Origin: Nitrosococcus oceani ATCC 19707
Lineage (GTDB): Bacteria; Pseudomonadota; Gammaproteobacteria; Nitrosococcales; Nitrosococcaceae
Length of the DNA stretch: 32,000 nt
Direction of reading: 5' to 3'
NCBI RefSeq assembly: GCF_000012805.1
Contig: NC_007484.1
Coordinates: 2,940,001 to 2,972,000 of the forward strand
How positions within the stretch are numbered: the stretch's first letter is position 1; the number at the start of each line of letters is the position of its first letter. Positions 26,850 through 32,000 of this stretch are shown here, in pieces. The notes under the pieces are model-generated. The model ran no database searches and was not told the DNA's origin. It saw nothing but the letters and a program-made list of their open reading frames with translations. Position numbers and translations under genes: made by a program.

Positions 26850-27971
26850 TCAAGGTAAAATTTGGAAGGTGGTGCTCATCCCCCCCTCGATATGATCCGC
26901 GACATGGCAGTGATATAACCACTCCCCACTATTATCCGCCTCCATATCAGCCGTTATCATGGAGGCGGGCAATAATTCCAGCACATCCGTCCGCCGCGCT
27001 ACGTGGGGGGCGCCCACGGAGACGGTTTCTCCATGCCAATGGGGAGTATGGAGATCCACTTCATTGCCCATTCCAAGCACATGCCAGCGCACCCGTTCAC
27101 CCTGTTTGGCCACCAACCCCCGCAGGTTGCCAAAAAAGTACCCATTGATACCATGCATGAGCCCAGCTTCCTCCCCCTCCAGCTTGTCGAAGATAAAAAA
27201 AGCTGTTATAAACTCCCGATCCACATCCTTTGGGCTCCCATTGGCATTAGCCATGCCGTAACGGGTAATAATGATGGGCCCAAGCAGGCCAGCATTGGTA
27301 TCGGCTGGCGTATCAACATGGGAATGGTACCACCATACCTTGGAGGACGGATCCCCGCCTCCAGGCCCGCTGCCTTCATCTGTAATCCAAGTGTAATCAA
27401 AGCATTCGCCGGGAGGGATGCGGGCTCCGGCGCCTGGCAGCGTATCGGTTGAATTTGCGCCAAAATACGGCGACCCTTCGTTATCTTTCGTATACCGCAA
27501 CCCATGGGGATGCATGCTATAGGTGCCGGTTGCCGTCTGGTTGCAAAAATGCACCTTGAGGATATCCCCTACCTCCGCTCGGATGATCGGCCCCAAAATA
27601 CCCAACCACTCAGGTTGAGGCTTAGGGATGGTAAATGTTTCATCCGTGTACTCTATATAGCGAACTGAGGGGAAAATATGGCTACTCGTCCAGGGCTCCG
27701 GCAAGGAACAGGGGGTTTGCCGATCCGAGCAATGGATGAGATCCTGATTAGTGGGTGCAAAATCCCAGCTCCTCTCCTCCGCTGCAATGTAGTAATGCCT
27801 GACGGCGCCTTCTCCGGAAGCAGGCGCGGCTGGATTCCCGCTAGCGAAAGGTGAGAACTGGCCCCAACCGCTCCACTGCCCCAACCAGGCATTATTCCCA
27901 CTAACAGGCAACGATACCAGAAGCAGCAAACCCGATAATAAAAACTCTCCCTGCTTGATACGAAATACCAC
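26850..27971 (-). CDS. Secreted two-domain multicopper oxidase, ceruloplasmin-like
   Basis: GTG start preceded by AGGGGG, with a signal peptide. RHYYIAAEERSWDFAP resembles the start of a ceruloplasmin A-domain. The copper motifs are MHPHG, WWYHSH, HTPHWHG and LYHCHVADHIEGGM. Confidence 0.85.
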   Translation of the reverse strand: MVFRIKQGEFLLSGLLLLVSLPVSGNNAWLGQWSGWGQFSPFASGNPAAPASGEGAVRHYYIAAEERSWDFAPTNQDLIHCSDRQTPCSLPEPWTSSHIFPSVRYIEYTDETFTIPKPQPEWLGILGPIIRAEVGDILKVHFCNQTATGTYSMHPHGLRYTKDNEGSPYFGANSTDTLPGAGARIPPGECFDYTWITDEGSGPGGGDPSSKVWWYHSHVDTPADTNAGLLGPIIITRYGMANANGSPKDVDREFITAFFIFDKLEGEEAGLMHGINGYFFGNLRGLVAKQGERVRWHVLGMGNEVDLHTPHWHGETVSVGAPHVARRTDVLELLPASMITADMEADNSGEWLYHCHVADHIEGGMSTTFQILP

Positions 27972-27994
27972 GCAACCCCCTAATTATAATAATT

Positions 27995-28013
27995 GTAAAT
28001 GATTCGCATTAAT
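27995..28013. promoter_or_regulatory. Weak Fur-box-like sequence in the divergent MCO/hldE promoter region
   Basis: GTAAATGATTCGCATTAAT matches 12 of 19 positions of GATAATGATAATCATTATC by my count. The region is AT-rich, so a chance match is plausible. Confidence 0.15.
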
Positions 28014-28147
28014 TTTATTGAATACATTATCCTATTGCAAATGGAATTTGCCGCCAATAAGTGGGCAGTAATAATTTAGCAAGCTTGAGATTTAGCCGGT
28101 ACCCCCTCTATGGTAATATGAGCCAATTTTTAGCAACCCTCCCTGGC

Positions 28148-29569
28148 ATGACCCACGGCTTACCTCACTTTACTAGCGCTCAAGTGCTAGTCATCGGCGA
28201 TGTAATACTGGATCGCTACTGGCACGGTACTACTTCGCGCATTTCACCGGAAGCTCCCGTGCCCGTAGTACAGGTAACGGGGCGGGAAGATCGGCCTGGT
28301 GGAGCAGGCAATGTTGCAGTCAATGTCGCGGCGCTCGGAGCGGAGGTGACGCTGCTAGGATTGATCGGCGCTGATGAGGCCGCGGCTGCGCTACGGTCCT
28401 TACTGGCTCACCGGGGAGTCCACTGTTGCTTGGAAGGGCTGCCTAATATTGCCACCCTTACCAAGCTGCGTGTCATCAGCCGCCACCAACAATTGATTCG
28501 ACTAGATTTTGAAGATGACTTTATTCCTGCCCACGGCGAGGCACTGCTCCCTGCCTATAGCACCGCTTTGAGGGGTAAATCGGTCGTGATCCTTTCCGAT
28601 TACGGCAAAGGCACACTTCAAGAACCGCAACGGCTCATCGCTCTTGGCCGGGAAGTCGGAGTGCCAATCCTAATTGACCCCAAAGGCGCTGATTTTTCCC
28701 ACTACCACGGTGCCACTATCATCACCCCCAACCTAGCTGAATTTGAAATGGTAGTAGGGCCCTGCCCTGATGAAGCGTCCCTGGTTTGGAAAGGGGAGCA
28801 ATTACGACAACAACTCGCACTTAAAGCGCTGCTCATTACCCGCGGTGAACAGGGCATGACCTTGCTGGAGCAAGGACACTCCCCTGTTCATCTGCCCACC
28901 GAGGCACGAGAGGTCTTCGATGTGACCGGGGCTGGAGACACCGTAATCTCTGTCCTGGGCGCCGCGCTAGCTGCCGGCGGTACCTTCAAGGAAGCTACCC
29001 TCCTTGCCAATCAAGCAGCAGGGATCGTCGTGGGTAAACTGGGTACGGCCAGCGTCACCCGTGATGAACTTCAACAGGCGCTGCATCCTAGGGCGATCCG
29101 CCGGGGAATCACTAGTGAGGAAGAACTGCTGCATTTTATTAACCTAGCTCGCAGCCGTGGGGAATGTATTGTAATGACCAATGGCTGTTTTGATATTCTT
29201 CATCCCGGCCATGTAAACTATTTAGCCGAAGCGCGCCAATTGGGAGATCGCCTGATTGTGGCTGTCAATGATGATGCCTCAGTTCAACGTCTCAAGGGTA
29301 AAAATCGACCCATCAATTCTCTGGCTCAACGCCTGACAGTTTTGGCAGCGCTCCATGACGTGGACTGGGTAGTCCCTTTCTCGGAGGATACCCCAGCACG
29401 GCTTATTGAGCGAGTTCTACCGGATATTTTGGTGAAAGGCGGTGATTACACCCCCGAACAAATAGCCGGGGCCAATGCCGTGGTTGCTAATGGCGGAAAA
29501 ATCATTATCCTCACCTATCAACAGGGTTGTTCCACCAGCCAAATCATTGATATTATTCGTAAAAATTAG
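28148..29569 (+). CDS. hldE: Bifunctional D-beta-D-heptose 7-phosphate kinase / D-beta-D-heptose 1-phosphate adenylyltransferase
   Basis: MTHGLPHFTSAQVLVIGDVILDRYWHG aligns without gaps to the E. coli HldE N-terminus [27 protein letters not shown]. The ribokinase-type motif GAGDT and the cytidylyltransferase motif GCFDILHPGH are present. Alternative upstream starts at 28118 and 28061 cannot be excluded. Confidence 0.92.
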   Translation: MTHGLPHFTSAQVLVIGDVILDRYWHGTTSRISPEAPVPVVQVTGREDRPGGAGNVAVNVAALGAEVTLLGLIGADEAAAALRSLLAHRGVHCCLEGLPNIATLTKLRVISRHQQLIRLDFEDDFIPAHGEALLPAYSTALRGKSVVILSDYGKGTLQEPQRLIALGREVGVPILIDPKGADFSHYHGATIITPNLAEFEMVVGPCPDEASLVWKGEQLRQQLALKALLITRGEQGMTLLEQGHSPVHLPTEAREVFDVTGAGDTVISVLGAALAAGGTFKEATLLANQAAGIVVGKLGTASVTRDELQQALHPRAIRRGITSEEELLHFINLARSRGECIVMTNGCFDILHPGHVNYLAEARQLGDRLIVAVNDDASVQRLKGKNRPINSLAQRLTVLAALHDVDWVVPFSEDTPARLIERVLPDILVKGGDYTPEQIAGANAVVANGGKIIILTYQQGCSTSQIIDIIRKN

Positions 29570-29581
29570 GGGGACACTTTT

Positions 29582-30535
29582 TTGATTATTGTCACGGGCG
29601 GTGCCGGCTTTATTGGCAGCAATATTATCAAGGCGCTCAATCAAGGGGGGCGCGAAGACATTCTAGTAGTCGATGACCTGACTCAGGGAGAAAAATTCAG
29701 CAATTTAATTGATTGCGAAATCTGGGATTATTGGGATAAACAGCCATTTTTACAGGCAATAAAGGCTGGCGAGGAATTTCCCCATCCTGTAGATGCCTTT
29801 ATACATCAGGGTGCTTGCAGTGCCACCACCGAATGGAACGGGCGCTATATGATGGAAAACAACTTCTACTACTCAAAGCGCCTTTTACACTATTGCTTAG
29901 AGCGCCGCATTCCCTTCCTGTATGCCTCTAGCGCGGCGGTTTATGGCTGTGGCCTCACTTTTCAAGAGCACCGCGAATTCGAGGCTCCGCGCAACGTCTA
30001 TGGATATTCCAAATGGCTATTCGATCAATATGTCCGGCGTTATCTACCCACGGCCTCCAGTCAAATAGTCGGCCTACGTTACTTCAATATATATGGCCCC
30101 AGGGAAGCCCACAAGGGTGCTATGGCCAGCGTTGCTTACCATGCTCATTGCCAACTCAAAGAAACAGGCCGAATCAAGCTGTTTGAAGGCTGTGATGGTT
30201 ACGAACATGGCGAGCAGCGGCGTGATTTTGTCTCCGTGGCCGATGCAGCGGCGGTCAACCTTTGGTTTCTGGAACATCCCAACCAATCCGGGATTTTTAA
30301 TGTGGGCACGGGCCAGGCCCAAACCTTCAATGAGGTGGCTCAAGCCGTACTCGCTTTTCATGGGCACGGTGAAATTGAGTATATCCCTTTCCCTGACCAC
30401 TTGCGGGGACGTTATCAGAGTTTTACCCAGGCCGATATCCATGCTCTGCGGGAAGCAGGCTATGCCGAACCTTTCGCCCTAGTTGAAAAAGGGGTGAAAA
30501 CTTACTTGGACTGGCTAGGCAAAAATCAAGATTAA
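29582..30535 (+). CDS. hldD: ADP-L-glycero-D-manno-heptose 6-epimerase
   Basis: TTG start preceded by [27 protein letters not shown] is the same as the E. coli HldD N-terminus. The SDR catalytic motif YGYSK is present. Confidence 0.94.
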   Translation: MIIVTGGAGFIGSNIIKALNQGGREDILVVDDLTQGEKFSNLIDCEIWDYWDKQPFLQAIKAGEEFPHPVDAFIHQGACSATTEWNGRYMMENNFYYSKRLLHYCLERRIPFLYASSAAVYGCGLTFQEHREFEAPRNVYGYSKWLFDQYVRRYLPTASSQIVGLRYFNIYGPREAHKGAMASVAYHAHCQLKETGRIKLFEGCDGYEHGEQRRDFVSVADAAAVNLWFLEHPNQSGIFNVGTGQAQTFNEVAQAVLAFHGHGEIEYIPFPDHLRGRYQSFTQADIHALREAGYAEPFALVEKGVKTYLDWLGKNQD

Positions 30536-30569
30536 CCTACTTCTAATCAGAAAGACCCTTCTGCGTGCC

Positions 30570-31850
30570 ATGCCAGCTTCAGCTTTGCGGACCCTCTACA
30601 GCCTATTGTTTTATTTGTTCACCCCCCTGGTGATAATTCGCCTCCTGTGGCGAGGTTATCGCACCCCAGCCTATCTTCACCGCTGGGGAGAACGGTTCGG
30701 TTTGGCTCCCTTCCTGGCTGGGAAAGCAGTTATCTGGGTACATGCGGTATCGGTGGGAGAAGTCCAAGCTAGTGTGCCCTTAGTGCGGGCCTTATTGGAC
30801 CGTTATCCCGATCATACGCTGCTGCTGACGACCCTCACTCCCACGGGCTCGGCCCAGGTCCAAAGGCAACTGGGAGCACAGGTGGCGCACTGCTATTTGC
30901 CCTACGATTTGCCTGATGCCATCGCCCGCTTCCTGCAACGGGTTCAGCCCCAGTTTGGCGTTATTCTGGAAACAGAACTTTGGCCCAACCTGCTGCATCA
31001 ATGCCAATGCCGCAAGATCCCGATTATTTTGGCCAACGCCCGTCTCTCGGAACGCTCGGCGTTGGGCTATTGCCGTTTAGGCATGCTTACCCGTGACATG
31101 CTTTCTAAGCTTACTTTTATTGCCGCCCAGGGAAAAGCTGATGCTAACCGCTTTATCGCCCTTGGGGCTCCCCCTGAGCGGGTCCAGGTGACTGGTAATC
31201 TCAAATTTGAACTCAAACTTCCCTCCCACCTGCCCACCCAGGGAATGATATTAAGGCGCCAATGGGGTGAGCAGCGTCCCCTATGGATTGCTGCCAGTAC
31301 CCATGAAGGGGAAGAAGAGCAGGTTTTGGCTGCCTTTAAGCAGGTACAGAAACGCTATCCGACTGCCCTGCTGGTACTCGTACCGCGCCATTCGCAGCGC
31401 TTCAACCGTGTTCATCATTTGTGCCAACGGCAAGGTTTTATCACCCAGCGTCGGAGTGAGCAGCAGGCTTGCGCGCCTGCTACCGAAATTTTCATCGGGG
31501 ACAGTATGGGCGAACTTCCCTTATTCTTTGCGGCTTCAGATGTGGCTTTTCTCGGAGGCAGCCTTGTTCCTGTAGGCGGACACAACCCTTTGGAACCCGC
31601 TGCCCTAAAACGGCCTGTTATTCTAGGTCCCCATATATTTAATTTTATGGGAATCAGTCACCAACTGCTGGAAGCGGGCGCGGCAACCCAGATACAAACA
31701 ATTCAGGATTTAACCCAAGCAGTACTGCGCTATCTGGACGATCCCCAACTGCGCACCAAAGCGGGCAAGGCGGGGCAGCAGGTGATTGCCCAAAATCAAG
31801 GCGCATCAAGCAAAATAATACAGCAGATTACTATCCTTTTAAGCGGCTAA
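30570..31850 (+). CDS. waaA: 3-deoxy-D-manno-octulosonic acid (Kdo) transferase
   Basis: N-terminal LYSLLFYLFTPLVIIRLLWRG, WVHAVSVGE, ETELWPN and GGSLVPVGGHNPLEPA are typical of WaaA/KdtA. Confidence 0.92.
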   Translation: MPASALRTLYSLLFYLFTPLVIIRLLWRGYRTPAYLHRWGERFGLAPFLAGKAVIWVHAVSVGEVQASVPLVRALLDRYPDHTLLLTTLTPTGSAQVQRQLGAQVAHCYLPYDLPDAIARFLQRVQPQFGVILETELWPNLLHQCQCRKIPIILANARLSERSALGYCRLGMLTRDMLSKLTFIAAQGKADANRFIALGAPPERVQVTGNLKFELKLPSHLPTQGMILRRQWGEQRPLWIAASTHEGEEEQVLAAFKQVQKRYPTALLVLVPRHSQRFNRVHHLCQRQGFITQRRSEQQACAPATEIFIGDSMGELPLFFAASDVAFLGGSLVPVGGHNPLEPAALKRPVILGPHIFNFMGISHQLLEAGAATQIQTIQDLTQAVLRYLDDPQLRTKAGKAGQQVIAQNQGASSKIIQQITILLSG

Positions 31851-31859
31851 TCTAGGGCG

Positions 31860-32000
31860 TTATTCCTGTAACAACTGATTGATTTCCTCCAGATCTCGCA
31901 ACGTAATAATGCCCGCCCCTTGCTTCAGGCGCAAGGTATCGAGCAGGTGTTCATAACGAGACTGGGCATGATCCCGAAGGGCACGGAACAAGTCGCGCCG
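31860..32000 (-). CDS. tolC: TolC-family outer-membrane channel, C-terminal 46 residues (runs off the window's right edge)
   Basis: Not in the ORF track. My minus-strand translation is RRDLFRALRDHAQSRYEHLLDTLRLKQGAGIITLRDLEEINQLLQE*. The motif Y-x-x-LL-x-TLRLKQ-x-AG-x-L-x-x-DL is the typical TolC C-terminal helix. Confidence 0.7.
   Translation of the reverse strand, partial: RRDLFRALRDHAQSRYEHLLDTLRLKQGAGIITLRDLEEINQLLQE

Noticed and set aside
1-32000. Searched the whole window for CRISPR-like regularly spaced repeats, transposase/integrase/recombinase genes, toxin-antitoxin pairs, restriction-modification genes or other defence-system genes.
   Set aside because: None was seen. Every sizeable ORF has a confident housekeeping or metabolic family assignment. 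The only repeats are an 11-bp tandem duplication and short hairpins. I therefore do not claim a novel defence or mobile system.

I also noticed that the waaA and tolC stop codons are only 9 bp apart (31851-31859). I judged this ordinary for convergent genes.

Overview
This window reads as a core-chromosome segment of a gammaproteobacterium with roughly 50% G+C. Gene content and protein sequences remind me of a marine Chromatiales or Nitrosococcus-type genome, but that is an unverified guess. I can support 30 protein-coding genes (two cut by the window edges), one tRNA-Ser(GGA) and the SRP (4.5S) RNA, the latter missing from the ORF track.

Gene order:
- Minus strand: rho-miaA-hfq-hflX-hflK-hflC-hisZ.
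- Plus strand: tRNA-Ser, ffs, dnaX-ybaB-recR, aat-bpt-infA.
- Mixed strands: dsbB, a DUF1451-type zinc-ribbon protein, a porin, tadA.
- Plus strand: a five-gene amino-acid-derivative operon (CysK-like PLP enzyme, aldehyde dehydrogenase, threonine aldolase, M20 deacylase, creatinase-fold M24 hydrolase).
- Plus strand: a cold-shock RNA module (cspA, RRM protein, DeaD-like helicase).
- Then a ceruloplasmin-like two-domain multicopper oxidase, the LPS inner-core genes hldE-hldD-waaA, and the 3' end of tolC.

I found no CRISPR array, transposase, integrase, phage gene or recognisable defence gene. I cannot honestly claim a clearly novel system here.

Parts worth a second look:
- The five-gene operon at 17.6-23.7 kb, whose M24 member appears to lack the canonical metal ligands.
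- A candidate small RNA, with a sigma54-like promoter created by an 11-bp tandem duplication, upstream of aat.
- A 1.1-kb unexplained non-coding region between the porin gene and tadA.
- The cspA-RRM-deaD cluster, whose RRM protein has a degenerate RNP1 motif.
- The ceruloplasmin-like oxidase.

All functional calls rest on by-eye motif and family recognition. No searches were run.
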